Assembly (NCBI GenBank): GCA_963707335.1
Contig: CAVPQD010000026.1
Location: forward strand, 9,738 to 73,737
DNA: 64,000 nt
Direction of reading: 5' to 3'
From: an uncultured Thermoleophilia bacterium
GTDB taxonomy: Bacteria; Actinomycetota; Thermoleophilia; UBA2241
Below, one piece after another: positions 9,378-18,863 of the stretch. Under the pieces are notes generated by a model. That model saw only the letters and a program-made list of their open reading frames with translations, ran no database searches and was not told where the DNA came from. Position numbers and translations under genes: made by a program. Position 1 is the first letter of the stretch, and the number at the start of each line of letters is the position of its first letter.

Positions 9378-10388
9378 ATGAAGGCGTTCGTGACAGGCGG
9401 AGCCGGGTTTCTGGGCTCGGCGCTGGTCCGGCAGCTGGTGGCCCGCGGCGACGAGGTCGTCGCGCTGGCACGCTCGGACGCGTCGGCGAGACGACTCGAA
9501 GAGCTCGTCGCCGGCGCGCCTGCGGATATCGGCGCCGGCCGGGTCGTGCGCGGCGAGGTCACGGACGCCGCTGCGCTTCGCGAGGGCATGGCCGGGGCGG
9601 ACGCCGTCTTCCACGTCGCCGGCGACTACCGCATCGGCATCCCCGCGGGCGACCGGCCCGGCATGTACGCGAGCAACGTCGAGGGCACCCGCGCCGTGCT
9701 CGACGCGGCCGCTGCCGCAGGCGTGGGCCGCGTCGTCCACGTGTCCACCGCCAACGTGTTCGGCAACACCCACGGCCGCGTCGTGGATGAGACATACAGG
9801 CGGCCGGACCGCAGCTTCCTGAGCTACTACGACGAGACCAAGTTCCTGGCACACGAGCTGGCGGTGGAGCGGGCGGCGGCCGGGCAGCCCGTCGTCATCG
9901 TCTGTTCCGGGGGCATCTACGGGCCCGGCGACCACTCTGAGCTGGGGCGGCAGATCGAGCAGGCGGCGGCCGGCGGTTACAGGATGCGCACGTTTCCCGG
10001 CCTCGGCATCTCGCTGGCGTACGTGGACGACACGGCGGCCGGGCTGGTGCAGGCGCACGACCTCGGCCGCCCCGGCGAGGTCTACATCCTGGGTGGCGAG
10101 AACGTGACGCTCGGCGAGGTCCTGGACCTCACGGCTCGCGCCACCGGGCACGGCGTGCCAAGCCTGACCCTGCCGCGCTGGCTGCTCCGCGCCTTCATCC
10201 CGCTCGGCCGCTGGGTCGGGCCGCGGTTCGGCGTCGGCCCCGACCTGGCGGAGGCGATCCGCGCCTCGGACGGGGTGACCTACTGGGTCTCCAGCGAGAA
10301 GGCGCGGCGGGAGCTCGGCTACCGGCCGCGCGACCTCGTGAGCGGGCTCGCCGAGCTGCTGGGCGGGGCGGCGGAAGGCGAGCGCTGA
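9378..10388 (+). CDS. NAD-dependent epimerase/dehydratase family protein
   Basis: N-terminal Rossmann motif MKAFVTGGAGFLGS. GGAGGA lies upstream of the ATG. Confidence 0.85.
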   Translation: MKAFVTGGAGFLGSALVRQLVARGDEVVALARSDASARRLEELVAGAPADIGAGRVVRGEVTDAAALREGMAGADAVFHVAGDYRIGIPAGDRPGMYASNVEGTRAVLDAAAAAGVGRVVHVSTANVFGNTHGRVVDETYRRPDRSFLSYYDETKFLAHELAVERAAAGQPVVIVCSGGIYGPGDHSELGRQIEQAAAGGYRMRTFPGLGISLAYVDDTAAGLVQAHDLGRPGEVYILGGENVTLGEVLDLTARATGHGVPSLTLPRWLLRAFIPLGRWVGPRFGVGPDLAEAIRASDGVTYWVSSEKARRELGYRPRDLVSGLAELLGGAAEGER

Positions 10389-10425
10389 AGGTGCGGCCGG
10401 GCCGGCTCGGGGCGGGTCGCCCGCC

Positions 10426-11421
<996 letters not shown>

Positions 11422-11454
11422 CTCCTCCCGCCAGCGACGACGCGCCGTCGCCGC

Positions 11455-11775
11455 GTGTTGTTCCCCGCCAGCCCGTGTTCGAGGGCCCGCGGCCTGGACG
11501 ACTCCAATGATGTGACCGTCATCATGCAGTACCCGAGCCGCGAGCGCGCCGAGGCATTCAGAGGGGATCCATCTCTGAAGGAGGCAATGGATCGCAGTGG
11601 CGTGGACTCGGAGCCCCGAGTGACCATGCTGGAGGAGATAGAGGCGGTCGACTACACGGGCGAGGCGGGCGGCCTGGCGGCGGATCGATCCTGCTCTCCC
11701 CAGGACGGCCCGGCTGGGCTACACTGCCAGGGGGTGCCGCGACGGCGCCCTGTGACCGGCGAGGAGGCATCATGA
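11455..11775 (+). CDS. Possible remnant of a small alpha/beta stress-type protein (N-terminal half missing), extended C-terminus
   Basis: [50 protein letters not shown] looks like the C-terminal half of a roughly 95-aa family. Only 34 nt separate it from the divergent AKR start. GC3 is moderate. Its TGA overlaps the next ATG. Confidence 0.3.
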   Translation: MLFPASPCSRARGLDDSNDVTVIMQYPSRERAEAFRGDPSLKEAMDRSGVDSEPRVTMLEEIEAVDYTGEAGGLAADRSCSPQDGPAGLHCQGVPRRRPVTGEEAS

Positions 11776-12014
11776 AGGACCATCAGGAGTGCTGCCTCGG
11801 GCAGATGAGCGCCGCTCAGGTCGTGCAGTGCGCCGAAGGCTCCAACACCTTCTGCTGGATCGCCGCCGCGACGCCGGACGAGACTACGTACGAGTGCTGC
11901 GGCGGCGGTGGGGAGAAGGCGCGCTTCAACAGGAGGAAGGGCTTCCTCGAGCCGAAGTCCATCGGTGCGGATGAGGTGCCGGACGGCCTGGTCTGGACCC
12001 GCCGCGCGATGTGA
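11772..12014 (+). CDS. Small cysteine-rich hypothetical protein (80 aa, 6 Cys including two ECC pairs)
   Basis: GAGGAGG lies 4 nt upstream. GC3 is very high throughout. ATGA overlap with the upstream ORF. A strong terminator hairpin follows. Confidence 0.6.
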   Translation: MKDHQECCLGQMSAAQVVQCAEGSNTFCWIAAATPDETTYECCGGGGEKARFNRRKGFLEPKSIGADEVPDGLVWTRRAM

Positions 12015-12060
12015 CGGCCGGCTGCGGCCCGCTCCTGCGCGGACTGCGGCCGAGGCGGAC

Positions 12061-12108
12061 GAGAACGGGCCGGGGAGGCTTCGATCGATGCCTCCCCGGC
12101 CCGTTCTC
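12061..12108. terminator. Bidirectional terminator hairpin between convergent genes
   Basis: Perfect 19-bp stem gagaacgggccggggaggc / gcctccccggcccgttctc with a 10-nt loop. Confidence 0.65.
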
Positions 12109-12151
12109 TTGTCGTCCGCGCCGGCCGGCCGCTTCGCCGGGCCGGCGCCCG

Positions 12152-12754
12152 TCAGCTCACGTGCGTTCGATGAGCTCTTCCTTGCCCTGCGGCCGCGAAG
12201 TAGGCGACGCTGGTCGCGGCGATGGTGAAGGGCGTCGACAGCAGGGCGAGCGGCCCCTCGGCCACGGCGCCGATGATGACGAACAGGATCACCAGGGCGA
12301 GGTGCTCCCAGAACCCAGCCTCACGGACCATGCGGAGGCTCTCGCCCATCGCCTCGCCGAGCCCCATGCCGCGGTCGACCATGAGCGGGAAGACGTAGAG
12401 CCAGATGGTGGCCAGCAGCAGACCGCCGATGATGGTGAGGGACGCGAGGCCGATGAGCACGACCAGGACGAGCGCCGCGCCGAAGTACGACCAGAAGCGG
12501 TCAAACCCGGAGAAGACGTCGCCTACTTCGGCCCGGCGGCCGTCGCGGACCCGGCCGATCACCATGCTGTACAGCCCGGCGAGCAGCGGCCCGCCGAGGA
12601 TGCCCAGCGAGACGATGGTGAGCGCCGCGGCGATGAGCGTGCCCAGCAGCAGCGGGCCGATGTCGTCCACGAAGCGGCGCCAGCCGTGCTTGAAGACGTA
12701 GCCGATGTCCAATCCCGGACTGTCGATCGTCTGTGCGGTCCCGATAGCGTTCAT
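12152..12754 (-). CDS. Integral membrane protein (DUF975-like, hypothetical)
   Basis: Several hydrophobic helices (LLLGTLIAAALTIVSLGILGG, ALVLVVLIGLASLTIIGGLLLATIWLYVF). ATG at 12754 with GGAAGGGATGG upstream. Confidence 0.7.
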   Translation of the reverse strand: MNAIGTAQTIDSPGLDIGYVFKHGWRRFVDDIGPLLLGTLIAAALTIVSLGILGGPLLAGLYSMVIGRVRDGRRAEVGDVFSGFDRFWSYFGAALVLVVLIGLASLTIIGGLLLATIWLYVFPLMVDRGMGLGEAMGESLRMVREAGFWEHLALVILFVIIGAVAEGPLALLSTPFTIAATSVAYFAAAGQGRAHRTHVS

Positions 12755-13018
12755 GATCCATCCCTTCCGAGACTCGTTGACCTGATGCAAGGTTAGAGCA
12801 GCGCGACGCTCAGGTCGTCACCCCGGGGGAGCAAATCGGGTCAACTGTGGGGGGAACCTGCCTCCGAAGGGGCACCCCCGCGGAGGGAGGAGGGCCGCCG
12901 CGGGCGGACGGCGGCGACGGCGAGCTCGTGTGTCAGGCGAAACGACCGTTTCGATCGGGGGCCGCCTGGTGACCATGTCTTCGTACTGCTTAACGGTGAG
13001 GAGGATCCTGCGTGGTGA

Positions 13019-13024
13019 TAGGGT
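13019..13024 (+). promoter_or_regulatory. -10-like TAGGGT, 7 nt before the ATG at 13032 (leaderless-type)
   Basis: TANNNT hexamer with no SD in the gap. Confidence 0.4.
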
Positions 13025-13031
13025 CTGCGCG

Positions 13032-13634
13032 ATGAGCCTTCGCGATCGCATACGGGCGTCGGTCGACGACATCAAGGCGCACGGGCAGCGGCTGGTGCAG
13101 CTCAACATCGATCTGCTCAAGGCCGAGCTGCAGCAGAAGACCCAGCGCTACGGCGCCGCGGTCGGCCTGTTCGTGGGCGCCGCCCTCGTCGCCCTCTACG
13201 CCATCGGCTTCGCGCTGGCGACGATCACGGCGGCGCTGTACGCCCTGGGGCTGGCACTTTGGCTCGCGCTGCTCATCGTCACGGCGGTGCTGTTCCTCAT
13301 CGTGCTGATCCTGGCGCTCGTCGGCCGCGGCAGGCTGCGGCAGGCCAAGACGCCGCCGGGGCCGGAGGCAGCCAAGGCCGAGGCCCAAGCCACGGCCACG
13401 GCGGTGCGGGCCGGCGTGGACAAGGTGAGAAGCAGCGCGAGGTCCGGCGGGACCGCGGTCAAGAGTCCTTCGCCCACGGTGGCGACGATGCCGACCACGC
13501 CGCCGCCCGCGACCCCGACGTCCGGCGCCGGGGGGCTCGTCCCGCGACATGCCGTCGCCGCCTCCACCGCGACGATGCCGACCACGCCGCCGCCGGCGCC
13601 GCCCGCCGCCGGCGACACGGAGGGACCTTCCTGA
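13032..13634 (+). CDS. Holin-X-like (phage holin 3-6 family) membrane protein with a Pro/Thr-rich tail
   Basis: HGQRLVQLNIDLLKAELQQK is followed by two TM helices. It is paired with a DUF3618-like gene by a TGATG overlap. Confidence 0.7.
   Translation: MSLRDRIRASVDDIKAHGQRLVQLNIDLLKAELQQKTQRYGAAVGLFVGAALVALYAIGFALATITAALYALGLALWLALLIVTAVLFLIVLILALVGRGRLRQAKTPPGPEAAKAEAQATATAVRAGVDKVRSSARSGGTAVKSPSPTVATMPTTPPPATPTSGAGGLVPRHAVAASTATMPTTPPPAPPAAGDTEGPS
13482..13594 (+). repeat. Exact 26-nt direct repeat, 87 nt apart, inside the coding sequence
   Basis: gcgacgatgccgaccacgccgccgcc occurs at 13482-13507 and 13569-13594. It encodes ATMPTTPPP twice. Confidence 0.9.
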
Positions 13635-13894
13635 TGGCCGACCCAGCCGCCAAGCCGGGCGCCGCCGCGCCCAAGCCGTCGGTCGACGAGCTCCGCCGCC
13701 AGATCGGGCGCGAGCGTGAGGCGCTGACGAAGAGCTTCGACAAGCTCGCGGACGAGGTCGGCGAGGCCTCCGAGGCGGCGCGCCGCCAGGCGGCGGAGGC
13801 CCGCCGCAAGGCTCGCGTCATCGGGCCCGGCGTCGCCGGCGCCGTGGCCGCGCTGCTCGTGGCGCGCGGCCTGCTGCGCCGCCGCCGCCGATAA
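13634..13894 (+). CDS. DUF3618-like small protein with a C-terminal TM anchor
   Basis: SVDELRRQIGREREALTKSFDKLADEV followed by GPGVAGAVAALLVARGLLRRRRR. Confidence 0.7.
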   Translation: MADPAAKPGAAAPKPSVDELRRQIGREREALTKSFDKLADEVGEASEAARRQAAEARRKARVIGPGVAGAVAALLVARGLLRRRRR

Positions 13895-13919
13895 GAGACG
13901 GGTCCCGCCCGGGCTGCTG

Positions 13920-15197
13920 TCACCTGCCGCGACGAGCCCCGCGACCGCTCCGGCCAGATCCTGTGAGGCCCCTCAGTCCGTCGGCGGGCGGCCGCCGTGG
14001 CACGAGCAGTACGCGCCGGTGAAGTTCGCCGCCGGGGTGACACGCGCTGCAGGCGAACGAACCCGCGCCGTGCTCGCCCGCCGGCGGGTGGTTGAACGTC
14101 GACGGCACCCAGCCGCTCGTCGTGTGACACTGCGCGCAGTCCGTGAGTCCTCCGTGCTGTGATCCGTGGCAGCTGGAACAGGCACGTCCCGGCGCGTTCA
14201 AGCCGTTCGTGTGACAGCGTTCGCAGGGGAAGCTCGCGTGCACGCCGCCGAGGGCGATGGGGTGGCTGAAGTGGGACGCCCAGGACGACGTGGTGTGGCA
14301 GCGCAGGCAGGAGCCGCGGTCGGGGTGGGGCCGCTTGTGGCAGGTCTCGCAGCCGCTCTTTGGGTGCTTGAAGGTGGACGGCACCCAGTGGCTCGGCACG
14401 TGGCATTTGGCGCAGAGCGTGGTCTTCACGTTGGCGTGGCGTTTGGCGTGGCAGCTCACACAGCCGAGTGGAGCGTTCATGGCGGTCGCCGTCGACCTGG
14501 TGTGGCACTTCTCGCAGACGAGCGCGCGGTGCGGCTTGCCCAGGGCGACCGGATGCGTGAACGTCGACTTCCACGAGGCGAGGGTGTGACAGTCTGTGCA
14601 ACGGCCGCGGGGCGCGTGGGGAGGCGTGTGGCAGGTCTCGCACGCTCCCGACGCCCGCTTGCCGTCGTGGCAGCGCAGGCAGTACGCCATCGTCGTCGGG
14701 GCGATGTAGACGTGGCCTGGTGTGTGCGCGTGCACCACCCTCGCATGGCAGCCGATGCACAGCGGGACGGCGGCGTGCTGCTGATGGGAGAAGGTCATCG
14801 CGTCCCACTTGACCGTCCGCTTGAGCGACGAGGCGGGGTGGCAGCCGCTCTTCATGCACGTCTCGTTGGGGATGTGCTCGGTGACGAAGATCGGGGCCTT
14901 GACCTGGCCGCGGACGTGCACGTAGACCTCGCGAAGGGCCGCCAGCTTGGCCTCGGCCAGCTCGATCGTGCCGGGCTTGATGTGGCACGTGACGCACTGG
15001 ACGTCCTTGTGCGCCGAGGCCCGCCAGCTGCGACCGTATGGCTGCATCTCGTGGCAGGCGGTCACGCAGAAACTGCTGCGCTCGGTGTAGGCGGCGGCGG
15101 CGAGGACCACCGCGACGAACGCGACCAGCGCCGCGGCGCCGACGACCAGCGCCTTACCCGAGCGTCGCGCCCAGAAGCGTCGAAAGGCGGCTCTCAC
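13920..15197 (-). CDS. Membrane-anchored multihaem cytochrome c (NapC/NirT-like N-terminus plus repeated paired-CXXCH modules); C-terminal frame break near 14024-14033
   Basis: 14 canonical CxxCH motifs plus CVTACH (CX3CH) and CMKSGCH (CX4CH). N-terminal TM helix. After CSACHPGG the +1 frame reads NFTGAYCSCHGGRPPTD* (stop at 13973), restoring one more haem motif. Confidence 0.85.
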   Translation of the reverse strand: MRAAFRRFWARRSGKALVVGAAALVAFVAVVLAAAAYTERSSFCVTACHEMQPYGRSWRASAHKDVQCVTCHIKPGTIELAEAKLAALREVYVHVRGQVKAPIFVTEHIPNETCMKSGCHPASSLKRTVKWDAMTFSHQQHAAVPLCIGCHARVVHAHTPGHVYIAPTTMAYCLRCHDGKRASGACETCHTPPHAPRGRCTDCHTLASWKSTFTHPVALGKPHRALVCEKCHTRSTATAMNAPLGCVSCHAKRHANVKTTLCAKCHVPSHWVPSTFKHPKSGCETCHKRPHPDRGSCLRCHTTSSWASHFSHPIALGGVHASFPCERCHTNGLNAPGRACSSCHGSQHGGLTDCAQCHTTSGWVPSTFNHPPAGEHGAGSFACSACHPGGELHRRVLLVPRRPPADGLRGLTGSGRSGRGARRGR

Positions 15198-15223
15198 GGG
15201 CCGGGACTCTCGTTCATGGCGCC

Positions 15224-15229
15224 ACTCTA
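15224..15229 (-). promoter_or_regulatory. -10-like TAGAGT, 6 nt before the ATG at 15217
   Basis: That ATG opens only a 7-codon ORF (MNESPGP) whose TGA overlaps the cytochrome GTG start (GTGA at 15197-15194). Confidence 0.3.
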
Positions 15230-15256
15230 GGACTCAATGCTCGTACGACACAACCT

Positions 15257-15298
15257 AGACGCCGAGGGTCGGCCGATGGCGGCCCACCCTCGGCGTCT
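15257..15298 (-). terminator. Terminator hairpin after the MBL-fold gene
   Basis: 13-bp stem agacgccgagggt / accctcggcgtct. It begins 4 nt after the stop at 15302. Confidence 0.6.
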
Positions 15299-15301
15299 GG
15301 G

Positions 15302-16180
15302 TCAGCCGTCGGCGCGATGGACCGACGCCTCCACCGTGACCGTCTCGCCCGGGTCCAGGATGCACACGCCTGTCTCGGGCGCCACGTCCGCCGCTATCGC
15401 CGCGAACTGCTCCGGCCGCCGCCGCGTGCGCTGGAACCAGGCGTAGGTGGCTTCCTTGTTGGTGTAGGCGGAGCCCGGCAGGTACAGGGTCCCCCAGTGG
15501 ATGGGGGCGGCGACGCGCGGCTTCAGCAGCGTGAGCGCATGCGCGGCGGTGCGGGGGCTCAGGTGGCGGTGCTCCGGCACGCGCGCCCCCCACGTCTCGA
15601 TGGGCAGCAGTGCGATGTCGATGCGGTCGTGCAGGTCCTCCATGCCGTCGAACAGCGCCGTGTCGCCGGCGAAGTACACCGTGGAGGAGCCGTGGATCAG
15701 GAAGCCGAGCGGCTCCGTGGCCGGCGAGACGACCCATCGCCGCCGCGTGTGCTTGGCGTGCACGGCGGCGATCTCCAGGTCGCCGAAGCGCAGGGTCGTG
15801 TCACGGCGCGTCTCGACCACGGTCCTGAAGCCGACGCGGTGGACGGTCTGCCCGGTGAGCGGCGGGCCGATGACGACCGACGTCTTGGGCAGCAGGCGCA
15901 GCGACTGGGCGTCGAGGTGGTCGAGGTGCAGGTGGCTGATGAGGATGGCGTCGATGTGGTGGTGGACGCCGGGGTCGGGCAGGGCGCCGTACCGGCGCAG
16001 GGGCCCGACCCACCGGCGCAGCACCGGGTCCGTGATGATGCGCACCCCGTCCATCTCGATGAGCACCGTGCCGTGGCCGACGTAGGTGACCTTCGTGGGC
16101 GGCGGCGTGGTCCCCGCGTCCGGCGGCCTCGCCCCGTTCACGATGTGCGTGGCATCCATCCCGGTCATGGCATACAGCAT
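15302..16180 (-). CDS. MBL-fold metallo-hydrolase
   Basis: ILISHLHLDHLD (HxHxDH), later FAGDT and a C-terminal His (APIHWGT). Confidence 0.85.
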   Translation of the reverse strand: MLYAMTGMDATHIVNGARPPDAGTTPPPTKVTYVGHGTVLIEMDGVRIITDPVLRRWVGPLRRYGALPDPGVHHHIDAILISHLHLDHLDAQSLRLLPKTSVVIGPPLTGQTVHRVGFRTVVETRRDTTLRFGDLEIAAVHAKHTRRRWVVSPATEPLGFLIHGSSTVYFAGDTALFDGMEDLHDRIDIALLPIETWGARVPEHRHLSPRTAAHALTLLKPRVAAPIHWGTLYLPGSAYTNKEATYAWFQRTRRRPEQFAAIAADVAPETGVCILDPGETVTVEASVHRADG

Positions 16181-16224
16181 ACGCCGGAACGGTCGCCCGG
16201 AGGCGTGAGACGGGCGGCCAAAGC

Positions 16225-16256
16225 GGGGGCGGGGCGGCGTGCGCCGCCCCGCCCCC
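16225..16256 (-). terminator. Terminator hairpin after MMPL-1
   Basis: 15-bp G/C stem gggggcggggcggcg / cgccgccccgccccc, 10 nt after the stop at 16266. Confidence 0.6.
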
Positions 16257-16265
16257 GATCCGTTT

Positions 16266-18527
16266 TCACGCCACCTGCTCCTCCGGCGTCGTGTCCGGCC
16301 GCACGGGCAGCTCGACGGCGGATCCCGACTCCGGCAGCGGGGCCGGCGCGCCCTCGATGCCGATGCGCGGCAGCCAGTCGAGCCACGCCGGCAGGTACCA
16401 GTTCCAGGTGCCGAGCAGCTTCATCGCGGCCGGCACCAGCAGCGTGCGGATGAGCGTCGCGTCCAGCAGCACGGCCACGGCCAGGCCGAAGCCCATCTGC
16501 TGGAACATCACGAGGTCGCCGCTGGCGAAGCCCGCGAACACGGCGACCATGATGAGCGCCGCGCCCGTGATGATGCCGGCGGTGGAGCCGACGCCCGAGG
16601 TGACCGCGTAGGTGTTGTCGCCGGTGCGGTCCCACTCCTCCTTGATGCGGCTCAGCAGGAACACCTGGTAGTCCATGGAGAGGCCGAAGAGGATCGAGAA
16701 CAGGAAGAGCGGCACCCACTGCTCGATCACATCGACCTGCTGGAAGCCCAGCAGGCCGGCCCCGACGCCCTTGCAGCGAGACGAGGGTGATCAGGCCGTA
16801 GGCCGCGCCCACGCTGAGCAGGTTCATCAGGATCGCCTTCGCGGGGATCACGACGCTGCGGAAGGCGACGAGCAGCAGCACGAAGCTCAGGGCCAGCACC
16901 ATCGCGATGACCCACGGGAAGTAGCGGTTGACGATGTCGATGTAGTCGACGTTGCCGGCCGTCGCCCCGGTGACGTAGACGCTTGCCGGCGGTCGCGCCG
17001 AAGGCCTGCGGCACGAGCGTGCCGCGCAGCTCGCGGACCTTCGCGATGGCCAGGTCGCCCTGCGCGTCGCCGTTCACAGGCACCGACACCAGGGTGAGGT
17101 CACCCGTCTTGGAGGCCTGCACCTGGGGAGGGCCGAAGGCCGGATCGCGCGCGAGCTCGGCCTCTGAGCCGGTCGACGCCGGTCGTCACGGCGGCGCCGG
17201 CCGGCGCGTCGACGACGACCTGCACCGGGCTCACGCCGCCGACGCTGAACTGGCGGTCCAGGACGGCGAAGGCCTTCTTGCTCTGGAAGCTGTTCGGGAA
17301 GGTGTTCACACCCGAGACGCCGGTCTTCATGGTGAGCGCCGGCGCGGCGCACAGCAGCAGGATGCCGACGCCGACCACCAGCGTGAGAGCAGGCCGGCGC
17401 ATGGCGCGCTGGGCGACGCGGGCGATCCAGCTGGGTCGCCCAGTGGTGCGCGCCGCGATGAGGCGTTTGCCGAGATACGGGACGCGCAGGCTGTTCACGC
17501 GGTCGCCCAGCAGGCCGAGCACCGCGGGCAGCAGGGTGAGCGCGGCGACGACGGACGCGGAGACCACCAGGATGGCGCCGGCGGCCAGGCTCACGAAGAT
17601 GTTGGTCGGCACGACGAGCAGGCCGCAGAGAGCCAGCACCACGGTCAAGCCGCTGAACACCACTGCGCGGGTGGCGGTGCCGCCGGCGACGCCTATGGCG
17701 TCGATCTTGTCGCGGCCCCGCGCGCGTTCCTCCCGGAAGCGCGAGACGATGAAGAGGCTGTAGTCGATGCCCGTCGCCAGTCCCATCATGCTGATCATGT
17801 TGATGGCGAACACGGACATGTCGAAGGTCTGGCCGACGAGCGCGGTGAGCGCTATGGCCAGGGTGATGGCGATGAGCGCCAGGAAGATGGGGATCATGGC
17901 CGCCACCAGGGCGCCGAAGACGAGCAGCAGGATGACGAGCGCGATGGGCACGCCGATGCCCTCGCCGCGCTGCAGGTCGGTGTTGGCGGTCTGGCCGAAG
18001 TCGCTGTTGATGCTCGCCGTGCCCGTGATGAGCGTCGAGAAGCCGTTCTGGCCGTCGGCGGCGTGCACCACGGCGTGCACCTTGTCGATGTTGTCCTCGG
18101 CCTGCGTCAGGTCGCCGGCCATGGTCAGGGTGATGATCGCCGTCCGCCCGTCCTTGGACACCATCGAGGCGTCGCCGCCGCGCGCGTAGCTGGCGACGCC
18201 GTCCACGACGCCGGGGCCGAGCGCCGCGATGCGCTGCTGCACGCCGAGCGTGAAGGCGCGGAAGGCGGGGTCGGACGACGTCCGCGACGGCGAACGGACG
18301 ATCACGACCTCGTTGGCCTTCTGCGGCATGTCCAGCTTCTGCTGCAGCAGGTCGCGCCCTACCTGCGAGTCGGGGTTGCCGAGGAACGTGTACTGCGTGG
18401 TGAGGGTGCCGGGGAGCACGAGGACGATCACGGCGGCGGCCGCGACCAGGGCCAGCGCCCAGATGCCCATCGTCCTCCACGGGTGGCGAGCCGAGGCCCG
18501 CGCCATGGCTGCACTCGAGAGTCTCAT
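16266..18527 (-). pseudogene. MMPL/RND-type membrane transporter, broken by three +1 frame shifts (near 17160, 16981 and 16770)
   Basis: Four colinear frame segments: ...VVVDAPAGAAVTTGVDRL | ELARDPAFGPPQVQASKTGDL...FGATAGK | VYVTGATAGNVDYIDIVNRYFPWVIA...ITLVSLQ | GVGAGLLGFQQVDVIEQWVPLFLFSILFGLSMDY. These are colinear with intact MMPL-2. GGGAGAAG precedes the ATG at 18527. Confidence 0.85.
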
Positions 18528-18851
18528 CGTCGCTTCTCCCATCGGCCGGGTGACGAGGCCGGGTCTCTTGTCAGGTCGAGTAGAGCTTTCTCTCGGCCTG
18601 CCCACCGGTGGGACAGCGAAAACCTGCTATTTCAGTCAGGATTGCGGAGAAGGACGGTCAGGACCCTACGATGAGCTTCAAGGACGCGACGACGAGGACC
18701 GGGTCGCGTCTGCGATCGCTCGCGGGGAATCCGCCATGGCACGGCTCTGGACGCTATCGCTGGGCCGGGCGGACGACATGCCCGACACCTGGACGAAGGA
18801 GGGCCGGGGCGGGCGACGACGTCACCCGCCCGGCGAAGGGCCCGGCTCCGC

Positions 18852-18857
18852 TAGAAT
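18852..18857 (+). promoter_or_regulatory. -10-like TAGAAT, 6 nt before the GTG at 18864
   Basis: TANNNT with no SD in the gap. Confidence 0.35.
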
Positions 18858-18863
18858 CGTCGC

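Noticed and set aside
15194-15217. The ATG at 15217 could be the true, frameshift-hidden start of the cytochrome.
   Set aside because: Joining it to the cytochrome frame needs a -1 change or two +1 changes, unlike the simple +1 pattern elsewhere. The GTG at 15197 already gives a normal N-terminus before the TM anchor.
18656-18664. GGTCAGGAC resembles the conserved core of the guanidine-III (ykkC-III) riboswitch, upstream of a transporter.
   Set aside because: Only 9 nt match. The flanking sequence does not reproduce the CCGGACGAGG/pseudoknot partners I remember. The distance to the EamA start is about 200 nt.
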